Shown piece by piece: positions 26,049 through 37,253 of a stretch of DNA of 64,000 nucleotides. Both the position numbers and the translations under genes were made by a program. The stretch lies in contig NW_003314332.1 of NCBI RefSeq assembly GCF_000143415.4, forward strand, positions 923,447-987,446, read 5' to 3'. Under the pieces are notes generated by a model, which saw nothing but the letters and a program-made list of their open reading frames with translations, did no database searches and had not been told where the DNA came from. The number at the start of each line of letters is the position of its first letter. Position 1 is the stretch's first letter. The stretch is from Selaginella moellendorffii. Taxonomy: Eukaryota > Plantae > Lycopodiophyta.

Positions 26049-28220
26049 CCAGGTTTCTATATCCAAAGTCTCCCTACCCATGTTACTCCTGAGAAAGTTC
26101 AGCATCTCTTGTGTGGGAACATCTACAAGACCGTTGACAAATGAATCCACATGCAATACCGTTGCTCCAACCTTGATCCCCATGAAGAGCACGATGAGCA
26201 CCGGAGCCCAGTTTTTCAGCCAGTCTTTTGGCACCTTCACTGTGATACCTTCTGTGTTGTTTACTGGGTGACTCCCCTCCTCATACTCGCAATGGTACCG
26301 GACTCTCACCTTACGGTGTAACTGTACGTACTTCATGAACTTGTTATCCTCACTTACCAGATATGGATAGCATGGACATTCTACTCTGAGGGAGTGCAAC
26401 ATTTTGGAGCTGTGTGCCAACACTTGTCTTCCCATCTTCTCCATCTTAGCCATTGCTGCTTTGATAAACTCCAAGCTTGTTTCTATGCGGTCCAGTTGCT
26501 GCTGTGTTCGTTCAAACATATTGTGCATGTAACTGGCCAATTTCTCTGAATCCTCATTCTTAAAGTCCCTTGGTACTTCTGGAATGCGATTATCCAGCGG
26601 GGGAGTGTTGTACACCACCTTCACAAACCTTTCATAATCCTGACAGACTTTAATGAGATCAATAGCTCTCTTCTGGATGTGTTCTCTCTGCTCACTTGGT
26701 AGCAGAAGCTTACTCAGCTCATCATCTTCATTGCGGGTCCAAGTGTGGGAGTAGGTCAGGCCTTTCTCCTCTGCTTCTTTTTGAATTTCTGAAAGTGGGA
26801 CAGCCACTTCAGGTGAGTTCAAGTGTTGAATTCTTTGAATTTCTGGTTCACTATGTGGTTGATGCATTCTCCTCTCAACATATCTTGTCTTCAAAACTTT
26901 CTCGTCACCAATTTCCAGCTCACCAAAGCAAACATCTAAAACACAATTCTTGATCTTCTTCATGAGCTCCTCAGCCTTCATACTACCATCCTGAGGTGCC
27001 CAAAGCATGATTTCCACCCATTGTCTGTCTGTCCATGAATCTGTATCACCTCCTATCCTCACATATACCCCAAGCCTATTCCAACGTCAAAACTTGGATT
27101 CTTAAATTCTTTATGAAGTTTGGCTTGAATCATTGCAAAGATACATGTCATACAACATTCATTTGTTAGTTGATATATAGTTCTAATCCTAAATTACCTG
27201 TTGGAAAGAGTTTAAACTTGACATCCTTGCATTCCAATCTCCTGCCCCAGTACTCATACTTCTCCCCTTGTTTTCTCTCAAATGGGGCGTATGACCGCTG
27301 CATGCCTGAAAGTGCTGGTAAAACAACTTTTTCAGGTAGAGGTTTCCATGTCCCAGTCCAGCCAACATCTATGGGTATCAGCACACCCATCTCATACAGG
27401 CACTGGAAAATATATTCGACTTTGGCTTGTTTTTCTTGACAATGTTTGAGTAGTTGATCTGCAACTGCATGTATTTCCTGTACCATCTGCTGCTGCTGGT
27501 TTAATGAGATAGTTACCTTCTGGGGATCAATAAACATGCTGATCACATCTCGAATAAACCACTCCACATCTAAGATGGCATACTTTGAATTGGAATCAAA
27601 ATAAACCACCTCTCCCAAGTCATGTAGGAACAAGAACACAAATTTGACGATGTTTTGCTTATGAGCCTCATTCAAAGTTGTCTTCATTTGTTTCTGATAT
27701 TTCACCAGTAGTCGTTTGTCAATATCTTGCACTTCCATAATCTGCATTTTATCCTTGGACCTCAGCTGCATGCACATTTTTTTGGCATCTTCACATAAGC
27801 TAGGGACTCTGAGTTGTTGTAAAAGCAATGTTTGTAAGGATTCTCCTAACCTGTTTTTTAAAACCTGTAAGGTCCTTGCCTTTATTGCTTTCACCTTTAA
27901 GATGCTGTTTTCATCAATGTCCAAAACCTCTTGGTACTGCCCTATTATGCAACCCACCTCATTCTCAAGCGTATTTTTAAGGTGACTTTTTCACCAAAGA
28001 AGTTGAGTGCAATGAACACTTTAGGCTTCCGTTTGGATGATGATGGCTTGTGGGAAGCAATAAACCTCAACCAATACACTAGCTCAGTAGTGAAGTTCCT
28101 GCGGTTGACACTGTTGTCCACTCTCAATACTACCAAGAACATGCTCTTGTCAAACCCCCTCAGGAAAGAGTGGTAGAATGCATGAAACTCATATTGGCTA
28201 GCCATATCACAAATCAGCAG
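26049..28220 (-). pseudogene. Inverted partial duplicate of the ROC-COR gene
   Basis: ORFs 27945-28205, 27166-27957 and 25959-27062 match the proteins encoded by 14378-16505. Confidence 0.88.
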
Positions 28221-29914
28221 ACACGTTTATTACTTCACGAGGTTCTCGAATCGCAAAGTTGTTTGGCCCTCGTTGAAAATTCCGCTTGCTGGATCCACCT
28301 TGACGGATTCATCCGGCTCCACATCGACATCGTACTTGCTTGATGCTTCCTGTTGTGTTGTTCAGACATTAACAATCCTTTAGTATTTAGCCATAACGAG
28401 AGCGAACCTTGGAGAAGTGATATCCCGGTGGCAGATTGATTTGTAGCTTGCGCTCCCCTTTGGGAGCTGCGACCGGTTGCATGGGGACAACCTCCATATC
28501 AGAAGTGGCACGCCTCCTAAGTATGGAGCCTGAACATGATTCAGCTGTAAGGTACTGACTTCTATTTTAGAAACTTTAGTTGGCGTAAAATAACACAAAT
28601 TAAATAATTGTAAAAACTCTTCATTCGTCCCATGTTTATCAAAAATGAAGTTTAACATGTTAATTTAACTTTTTTTTATTTATGTGCATTGACAGCATTG
28701 TACAAAAAGTTGTGATTACACAAGCCCTAAAGATCCACAATAATCTTACCTGTTTCTTCGTGGTTATGTCAATAATAAATTTCATTGTGACCTCCCAGAT
28801 TATTGTGAAGATGGAGATTTTATTTGTGCATGGAAGCTAGAAGAACCAGGTGGTTTTGGTGCACATTATTATGCATGCACAAGTAATCAATGGGTGAAAT
28901 TTAATTGTGCTTTACTTTTACAATGTCATGATAACACAAATTCACAAGGTTGTGCATGCCGGTGAAATATAATGTTAAAAACAAAAACTTACAACAAGAG
29001 CCATCAAAAACTTCAACCAAATGCAATAAACTAACTTCTTTTTATAAAATAGACGACCTGGAGGTGTACTGCAGTTGCTCAAAGTGAAGCATGATCTTCT
29101 GTAAACTGGGCAAACATATAAACAATTTGGTTGAAAACTAGAAAACTTGGGGACCATGGGACCAGTACTACGGGCTGAACAGTCGTCATCACCTGTATGG
29201 AGGTCCTCTGCTGTACATTGACAATCAAGCTCAACCAAGATGGGCTTCTGATCCTCCAGAAACAACAGCTGCCTGTGAAAGAACACAGATTATGGCATTA
29301 TGCTGAATTGAGCAAGAGAAATGGTACAAATTATCTGTAGCCTACCTGAAGGCGCCTGGTTTTGATAACCTGCACGACATGTTGCGCCTTGGAAGTAGGA
29401 ATTTGAAGCGGTACTTTGCCTCTGTCGGCTCCATGGTTGAAATTGATCCTTTGCTTCACATTTACCACTTGATGTTGACGGTGTGCGTTTCACGGGCGAG
29501 TAAGCAGAGCAAGGCAGAAGAGCAAAACGATTACCAGGACGGCTCCCAGTGCAGGATTCTGCTTAAACAATCTGAGGGGGCGGTGCAGTGTCTGGCTCAC
29601 ATTTTGTGTAATTTCCTGACCTGGCTCAGCATTTGCTGCCATCGCCTACAAGAGGACAAAAGTGGAAGATTCACTCACAGAGATCGTAAATGCTGCTCAA
29701 TCCACTGCACACCGCGGAAATTCCTGAATTGCGTGAGATGTTGGAGTTTTTGCTGAAGAAATCGAAATGTACCTGATGTGCTTCCCGAGCAGAACCGGAA
29801 TCTGTGGAGATTGCGCCGAAATCAATCAAGGAACCTACACGCTCGTTGAGGAGCGGCGCATCGTGAGCGGCTTGGCATGCAGATTCAGCCAGAAGCACAA
29901 GGGACCTCTTCAGT

Positions 29915-30050
29915 GGGAAGCACCAGGCTTATCGAGCATGATCTTCAGTTGTCGCTTCGCGCTATGGGATATCATCGCCATTCTCTGCAAACCGATGCGT
30001 TGACGAATTCCTTGCTCTTTCTTTCTCGATCCGAAGAACATGCTACGAGC
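29915..30050 (-). pseudogene. PPR 3' fragment truncated by a telomere tract
   Basis: Matches ~4060-4182 (GAGCATGATCTTCAGTTGTCGCTTCGCGCTATGGGATATC...GAACATGCT), then switches to TTTAGGG. Confidence 0.7.
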
Positions 30051-30052
30051 TG

Positions 30053-30132
30053 GTTTTAGGGTTTAGGGTTTAGGCGCGTTTAGGTGTTTAGGGTCAAAGA
30101 CACCCCGCGGTGCTGCAATCTGGCGAGATCGC
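30053..30132 (-). mobile_element. Interstitial telomere repeats plus 3' terminus of the telomeric PLE (LINE target site)
   Basis: GTTTTAGGGTTTAGGGTTTAGGCGCGTTTAGGTGTTTAGGGTCAAAGACACCCCGCGGTGCTGCAATCTGGCGAGATCGC, essentially the same as PLE ends at 53152, 54561, 57537. Confidence 0.9.
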
Positions 30133-30615
30133 TGAACGTGTATGTACATTCCCCATGTCCCAATGGGACTAATACAAAAAATTGGCGTGCCGCCCTCTCA
30201 ATGAGCTACTCTACGTGATCCTCATATGCCGCAGCTAGACCTAGTCCTGGAGTAGAAGTGGACGTGTCGATGTCCAAGTCTCCCCCACGAGCTGATCTTA
30301 GAATAGAGTCTGGGGGGCGCCATTGCCAGCGAATCTCGCCACCTCCCAATTTGCCGAAGCATGGGAGCCACCTAGATCTCCACTCCTCGAGCTGTCTCGG
30401 TTTCGCCTGCTCTTTCAGGATGGTGTAGTGAAGACGCACTGCTGCAAGAGTGAGTCTCCACCATGATACCACCACTGCCGATATTCTCGCTTGCTGCCCA
30501 TCAAAGCGACAGTGGTTCCGTGCCTCCCAAAGTGCCTGCAGTCCTGTTGCCCTCCAAATGGACCAGCGCTCATGGCCCAACGCCTCCCAGATGGACATCC
30601 CAACTTCAGCCCCTA

Positions 30616-33600
30616 TCACGTCCCACCGGACTCGCATGTTCCATCGGTGCCGTCCGTAGCAGCGAATACGCCTCCAAGCTGGACCAATGGCTGGACCTCT
30701 AGCTCCCTCAAACCAGTGGAGGATATCCCCACTCCGAGCCTCAAACTCTGGAATGTCGCCGAGTTCCTGCGTCGCTTGAAGATCTGTCGCCAAACTTCTC
30801 TCGCCACGTCACATTCCCATAGGACATGTCGCGTTGTCTCCAGCTCGCCACACTCCTTGCACCGTCGGCATGCTTCTTCCTGGAACTGCTGTCCTATCGG
30901 CAGCCCGTTATTTGCCACCAACCAAGAGGTGGCCTTGACTTTCTCCTGTACCGGTAGTTTCCAGAACGCAAGCGTGTTGCCCACCACCTGATTTGCTTCA
31001 ACTCCTTGCTTGATCCATTTCTTCCAGAGCTTGGGGATCTCCCCTCGGGCCTCCTCCCTGCCGGTCAAGAGACCATCCCTTGCTTCCTTGACGCTGAAGG
31101 AGAAGAAGCTTCTCGCTCCTCGTTTCCATGCTGCGGGGTCCCAATCCAGATCCTCGATGAGCTGCTGTCGCCACCATCTAAGAATGCCTTCCCCCTCTAG
31201 TGCTGCCAACGATTGAACCACCACCGATTGCTTCGGAGCCTGTCGTATTACTCGAATCCTACCCTTGACCTCGTCATCCGTCACCATCGGCATGACCTGT
31301 TCGTCCCCTGCTGGCAACAGCATGTCGCCTCTCAAGACTCGAAAAGGACGCCCAACATTTTGGTCTGGAGACACAACGAACCATACCTCCACATCCCTGT
31401 CCTCCCAAGCTGGTGTTGGGGCCGTAAACGCCCGTGTCCAGGCCCCCAAGCTAACTCGTTCCCTGTCTGGCTCCACGTCCCGTTGCAGAGCCACAAAGTC
31501 TCCAGATTTGAGACAACGCCTAGGCCAGAGCTGCCCCTGCTTCGCCTCACTCATAGCTCTGATAATGCGAAGAAGATCAAGGTGGACTTTCCTCCACCGT
31601 CCCAGGTTAAAGACCTGCATATGCCTCGTAGTCTTCCTCCTGTCCTTGTCCAGAACCCGCACCAGCTGCTTGAGAGTTCGGAAGCCTGCGCTATGTAGCT
31701 TTCTCCAGATTGTGTAGTGGTCCTCCCTGCCCAGCGTCCTGTCATCCAGTTTGAAGAGGTCGTTGAAGAACAGGGGCTGGTTCAGCCAGTCCTCCGCTCG
31801 CCCTGGCAATTCCCTGCTGACTGGAAACGCGCTCCATAACCGGAGAAACCCCTGGACTAGAGTGCCGCCCTTGACTACTTGTTTCGGCCCCTCGGCAAAG
31901 AGCCAACGTGGATCTTCTTCCCACGGTCTTGCAGTGTTGTGCTTGGGCCGGATTGCCAACAAGTTCTGCCTAAACATGAGTCTCCAAGGTTGATTACCTG
32001 GTTGAAGGCCCATGAGGAGGATTTTGTACCGTAGCGCCTTCGCCATGTCGCTCTGATCGATTACTCCAAGTCCTCCCAAGACTCGCGGACGTGCTGTAGA
32101 TTGCCACGCGACCTTGGCCATGCTCCTCCCTGTGACCAGAGCGCCCCGCCACAAATACTGACGGACCATCGTGCGTACCTTTCTAAGAGTGCGTTCTGGA
32201 ACAGGCCAGATGGAGAGGTGGTACCAGATGCCGGGCAGAATGATGCTCCTAGCGACTACCACTCTCGCTGGCAAGCCGAGTTTCCGGGGAGCCCACTTCT
32301 GGATTGACGTTCGTACCCGTCGGAGCAAGGTGTCATCCTGAAGTGCTGCACTAAACCGAGTACCAACCTGGATCCCCAGGTACCTAGCGTCTTCTCCTGG
32401 TTTGAGCCACTGGAAGCCGATGTCCTGCCCCCAAGATTCAATGCCTGGTCGCCCCCAATTTATGCCCACTGATTTGTTCCAGTTAATTGCTGCACCAGCC
32501 GCGAGGTTGAACGTCTCCAACGCCTTCTTAGCTGCATCCATGTTCTCCTTAGTCGCAAGTAGGAACAAGGCAGTGTCGTCCGCAAAAGCACCATCAAGGA
32601 GTTCCCGAGACACCCTTGTGGTTCCCGGAAGTTGCTGTCTCGCAGCCGGCAGTGTGAGTCCTTTAATGCATCCGCCTTCCGCTAGAAACGTGCCCAGGGC
32701 CTCAGCCACAATCAGAAAAAGATAGGGTGCTAGTGGACACCCTTGGCGTACTGAACGTCCCAGCTGGAAACTCGGTCCCGTCTCTCCATTGATTGTGACT
32801 CTGCTTGCGGCTCCTCGGTACAGTAACGAGATCCTAGCGACCATCTCTCTCAGGATGCCGATCGTGTTCATGCACTCCTCTAGGAACCTCCAGTCCACCC
32901 GATCGTAGGCCTTCTCGAAGTCCAATAGCCATGCTGCAGTTTGTTGGTTAGAGATCTCTGCCCATCTCTGAGCCAACAGGTACGTCCAGATGTTTTCTGC
33001 GATTTGCTGCCCTGGAACAAACCCTGTCTGCTGCTCCCGGATGATCAGCGGCATGACAGCTTGGAGCTTGAGGGTCATTGCTTTGGCGTAGACCTTGTAG
33101 GACGTGTTGAGCATGGTGATTGGCCTCCAATTCTTCAGCTCCTGCAGGTCCCCCCTCTTTGGAATAAGCGCAATCTGGCCCTCAAGGATCTCATGGGGCA
33201 AGGTCCCATCACGTTGAGCATCCCACCATGCTTGTAGCAGCAGCGAGCCTATGGTCTCCCAGTGCTCCTCGAAGAAAATGGGCAAGAGGCCATCGATACC
33301 TGGCTGCTTGTCATTGCTGAGCTTCCCGAGCGCTTCCCGAAGCTCCTCCAGTGTGAAGTCCGTCTTCAGTGAGTCGTGCCACTCATGGGGGACTCGCTGG
33401 GGAAGGGACGCAAGCACTTCCACCGCCGCCCTTTCCCTCTCTGGAGTCCACTGCTGGGCCGTATATAGAAGTTGGTAAAACTCCTGGGCGAGCTGTTGCA
33501 TCCCCTGTTGGTCCTCGACGACTCGCCCGTCACTGTGCTTCAGTCCTAGAATGGGAGGAGAGTCCGTCACTGGCCTGATTCCCCTAAAGAAAGCCTTGTT

Positions 33601-34740
33601 GAGAAGGCGTTCATTTAGGGCCCATCCATCATCCATGGCCCGGACGCCCTTGCTCCATGCAGCGTACTCCATGTCACGTAGCTCGGCTTCGCGTTCATCC
33701 AGTATTGTTTGCCACTTGAACTCATCTTGCGTGTTCAGCAACATCCTGTGTGCTGCTGCGACCTTCTTCCTGGCCAGTCTAAGGTCCTTCATCACCGCCC
33801 CTTTGAGATCCTTCTGGCGCGCTCGGAGCTTCTGTGAGCAAGACAAGAGCACAGGGATCAGCCCCAGCTTGTTCTGCGCAAGAGCGTCGTGTATAAGCCC
33901 AATCGCCACTGGGTCTCGCAGCGTGGCTCTAGTGATTGATCGCTGGACCGCTGTCCCTTTGTCCCTTTGGAGCTGGATCACGCATCTGAGGGGGTCGTGA
34001 TCTGAGAAGGAGGCAAACCCTAGCCACGTTTTAAGGCTTCCCCCATCCTGCCGTATGCGAGATGAGGCGTAAATCCGGTCCAGTCTCGACTGGGAGGATA
34101 CTGTCTGTCGCCTTGTAAAAGGGTGAGCGTGAGGTGCGAATCCCGCAGCATGCTGAAGGTCCATGAGCCCCAGTATGTCCATGAGTTGACTCCACTGCTT
34201 CTGTTCACGTGGCTGAATTGTTACCTGCATACCCCTGCGATCACAGACGTCCTCGACCATGTTGAAATCTCCCAGGACCAGCCATTCATCTGCTTGCCCC
34301 TGGGCAGACTGTAGCACACTCAGCCAGAATTCTGCACGTCTCCCTTTCTTCGTTGGTGCATAGACGTTGATTATCCCCACCCGTCCAAAGTGGAGGTGAA
34401 GGACAAGCAATTGAGCCTTTCCTGGGACGAGGACAAGGTGGTTTTGTACCTGAGCAGACCATTTGGTTGAGACTACCACTGCTGTGCCCCCTCCTGGTCT
34501 GGCCACTGCTTGCGTGGCCGGGTTCCACCAGAGCCGTCCCCTCATTCCAAAGGTGTAGTCTGGGGCCACAGTCATTTTGTGCTCTTGCAAGCATAGGATG
34601 TCGATATCTCCTTCTAAGCTGATCTCCCGGATGTGGGACTTGAGCTGCGCCCTTTTGTTGAGTCGACTGCCGGTCCAGCTGAGTCCCCGGCAGTTCCAGG
34701 TGACGAGCGTGAGAGTTGTCATGGAGCCACGTACTTCCAA
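30616..34740 (-). CDS. LINE ORF2: APE endonuclease - reverse transcriptase - CCHC finger; 1-bp frameshift near 30777, true C-terminus continues in 30206-30793
   Basis: TWNCRGL, ILCLQEHK, NVYAPT, GDFN, SRLDRIY, SDH; PGIDGL, WRPITMLN, LDFEKAYDRVDW, RQGCPLAP, FADD; CKECGELETTRHVLWEC. Copy 2 has the extra C (GTCGCCTTG). Confidence 0.95.
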   Translation of the reverse strand: MEVRGSMTTLTLVTWNCRGLSWTGSRLNKRAQLKSHIREISLEGDIDILCLQEHKMTVAPDYTFGMRGRLWWNPATQAVARPGGGTAVVVSTKWSAQVQNHLVLVPGKAQLLVLHLHFGRVGIINVYAPTKKGRRAEFWLSVLQSAQGQADEWLVLGDFNMVEDVCDRRGMQVTIQPREQKQWSQLMDILGLMDLQHAAGFAPHAHPFTRRQTVSSQSRLDRIYASSRIRQDGGSLKTWLGFASFSDHDPLRCVIQLQRDKGTAVQRSITRATLRDPVAIGLIHDALAQNKLGLIPVLLSCSQKLRARQKDLKGAVMKDLRLARKKVAAAHRMLLNTQDEFKWQTILDEREAELRDMEYAAWSKGVRAMDDGWALNERLLNKAFFRGIRPVTDSPPILGLKHSDGRVVEDQQGMQQLAQEFYQLLYTAQQWTPERERAAVEVLASLPQRVPHEWHDSLKTDFTLEELREALGKLSNDKQPGIDGLLPIFFEEHWETIGSLLLQAWWDAQRDGTLPHEILEGQIALIPKRGDLQELKNWRPITMLNTSYKVYAKAMTLKLQAVMPLIIREQQTGFVPGQQIAENIWTYLLAQRWAEISNQQTAAWLLDFEKAYDRVDWRFLEECMNTIGILREMVARISLLYRGAASRVTINGETGPSFQLGRSVRQGCPLAPYLFLIVAEALGTFLAEGGCIKGLTLPAARQQLPGTTRVSRELLDGAFADDTALFLLATKENMDAAKKALETFNLAAGAAINWNKSVGINWGRPGIESWGQDIGFQWLKPGEDARYLGIQVGTRFSAALQDDTLLRRVRTSIQKWAPRKLGLPARVVVARSIILPGIWYHLSIWPVPERTLRKVRTMVRQYLWRGALVTGRSMAKVAWQSTARPRVLGGLGVIDQSDMAKALRYKILLMGLQPGNQPWRLMFRQNLLAIRPKHNTARPWEEDPRWLFAEGPKQVVKGGTLVQGFLRLWSAFPVSRELPGRAEDWLNQPLFFNDLFKLDDRTLGREDHYTIWRKLHSAGFRTLKQLVRVLDKDRRKTTRHMQVFNLGRWRKVHLDLLRIIRAMSEAKQGQLWPRRCLKSGDFVALQRDVEPDRERVSLGAWTRAFTAPTPAWEDRDVEVWFVVSPDQNVGRPFRVLRGDMLLPAGDEQVMPMVTDDEVKGRIRVIRQAPKQSVVVQSLAALEGEGILRWWRQQLIEDLDWDPAAWKRGARSFFSFSVKEARDGLLTGREEARGEIPKLWKKWIKQGVEANQVVGNTLAFWKLPVQEKVKATSWLVANNGLPIGQQFQEEACRRCKECGELETTRHVLWECDVAREVWRQIFKRRRNSATFQSLRLGVGISSTGLRELEVQPLVQLGGVFAATDGTDGTCESGGT

Positions 34741-36564
34741 GAAAGTGAGGAGTTACGGGGTCTCGCCCTCCATTCTGTGGAGATGGTCCACACCGCAGTC
34801 ATCTTCCCCCTGTGCTTCGTCCAGGAGAAGCCTCGAACAGTGTACTTTGCAAAGCCCGTCCACTCAGTGATAGCACTCTCCATGCGTGTGTGGTAGTCTC
34901 CAATAGTGACGACCTCTGGGAAGGCTGTGTTCCCGCGGCACATCAGCCAGTCTCCCGCCTCTGTGGGACTTAATTCCCACTTAGGGGGAATCCACCTGAC
35001 CGCCATTCCTACTGTTTGAGGGAGGACCGGCTGGAAGCCATCTCCTTCGACATCCGTAATAGGTCCCTCGAACAGTTTGGGCTGTGAGGATGAGCCCAAG
35101 AGTGGTGGGGCGACCGGGAAGCGAATGTGGGGAGCTTGGTCCGGAGGGCATGCCTTCAAGATCCGCTCCTGCTCTGCAGGTAACTCAAACGGCTTCTGGG
35201 ATGCCAACCTGTTCCGCTTGACTGAGCAGGCCTCCTCCCGGTGTCCAGCACACTGACAAAAGTTGCATCTAGGTTCTGAGTTCTCCGTTTGGATCCTGAT
35301 ATACTGGCCCAGCACTGCGATCTCTGTCGGGATTTCCGCCGGGGCTGACACGAAAACTTTGAGGCGGATGGGACCTAGAACACCCTCTGCTTCTACAGTG
35401 TCGAGGCCGGCCGCTATCTGGCCGATACTTCCTTCAACCAGCTCCTGTATCACCAATGTGATCCGCATTTCCATGGGAACGTCCCACAATCCAATGTTCA
35501 CTGGAAAGCTCCCGCCCTTGAGACGAGCCTGGTCCTCTGCGGTGAACCTTGGGATCCATGGGTGGAATGACACCGCCCAATTCTCGTCAATGAGGCCATG
35601 CATGGCCTCCGCCTGAGACCGTGCCTCCTCTGTCTCAAAGACGACTGTGTAGCAGCCCTTTCCATGTGGCAGCATCATCTTCATGAGGATTCCCTGGCCT
35701 AGCGTTGCATTGATCCAATCGTTAGCCATGCGACCTGTTGGGAACTTCCCTCTGAAAACAGCGATCAGGGCCTTCTTGCGGAGTTCCTCTTCCTTCTCTG
35801 CTACTGCTCTTTGCAGAGTCTCGGCCAGCTTGACAGGGACTGCCTTTCCTCTTGTGTCATCGTGGATCAAGTCACTTCCGCCTTCCCCTGCTGCTGCCAC
35901 CTTGTGGACTTCGGCCTGACCAGGTGTTCCCCCGTTCACGTTATGTGAGGTGTGCTCCTTGTTAACATCACTGTTCCCGTCCGAGGAGTGCAGCGCTTCC
36001 ACCACCTTTCTGCAGCCCCGAGTCTTCCTCACTCTCGACTGGGCTTTTGCCACTCGCTCCGGGGTGTCAATCTCCTGGTTCTGGTGCACCCGAGACTCTG
36101 TCCTCTTGTCTGGCGGAGCGTGCTCCTCCTCAAGAAAGGCTTCAACTGTGTTTGTCCAGGCCGGGTCCTCCTTGGCAAGTCTCAGAGTTGTAAGCTTCCG
36201 CCGCGTTGCTCGCTTCACTTTCTTCTTCTCACGTTTGGTCTTCCTCTTGTTGAAGGCATCACGGTCCTGGAACTGAAGTGTGCCATCTGACTGTTCCTCC
36301 AGTGAGCGCTCCGTCTCTGGCTCCGTTTCTGGCTCTTCGAGTCCCTCTTCAACTGTTGGTGTTGGCATGGTATCCAACTTGCCACCTTGCTCTTGCGCCC
36401 ATGCATCAAAGAGATCCGCTTGCTGTGTGACCACTGCCTTCGTGATTAATTCTTGAGCTTGACGCAGTGCAGGTCCCAACACGAGGTCCTCCCCCAAAGG
36501 GTTCAGGTCCAGCTCTCTGATTGTGCACATCAATGTTGACTGGAGTTCTTTGCGTACTGGAAGC
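34719..36564 (-). CDS. LINE ORF1, C-terminal part (RRM/DUF4283-like region plus zinc knuckle)
   Basis: GKGCYTVVFETEEARSQA...SFHPWIPRF; CNFCQCAGHREEAC = CX2CX4HX4C; overlaps the ORF2 start by 22 nt. Confidence 0.85.
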
Positions 36565-37253
36565 AAGCTCTATTTCGTTAAAGTGGGATTTATTCAGTAA
36601 AATGGGACTAGGTACAAATTTTCAAGTATTTGAAAATGACATGAAATTATATGTTTTTTGTCCAGGGGCTAGACATATCTGGGGCATGGTGACTAGCGCG
36701 GTGACTTTGTGTCCAGACTGAGTCCATCTGGTTGTATAATAAATCTCATTGTCAAGGTGAACAAGCCGAATCTGAAGCTAAAGAAGAGCGATGGCATGCG
36801 CGCACACACTATTTGTTTGTTCATTGAGCGTGTGGTGAGCTTTCCAAGATGAACGTCATTCCTATTAGCCAGACATATAACTTAATGGTGAGAACATTTA
36901 GATATTATTCAATGTTATCTTTTTCTAACGAATCTAATTGTGAAGGTGTAGCAAGAGGCATTGCTAGTCTGGAGAAGTCATTTAACTCATTTGACCCTTA
37001 GTGTATTTTCATGAAACTAAATAACATTCATATTATTAAGGAATTTCTCTAGTACCTTTTTTTTACGACATAGAGGCTTGCATTTCTTTCAAAGGTGATT
37101 TAGTAAAAGGCCTGAGGGCACATGCCATTCTATTTCTCAGACCAGTATTAAGATATACTAGTGCAAAGGGCCACATGCCATGACGCCTCCTCTGATTCAG
37201 ATTCGGATTGTTCACCTTGAAATAAAATACATTAGAAACTTAGTAAAGGAATA

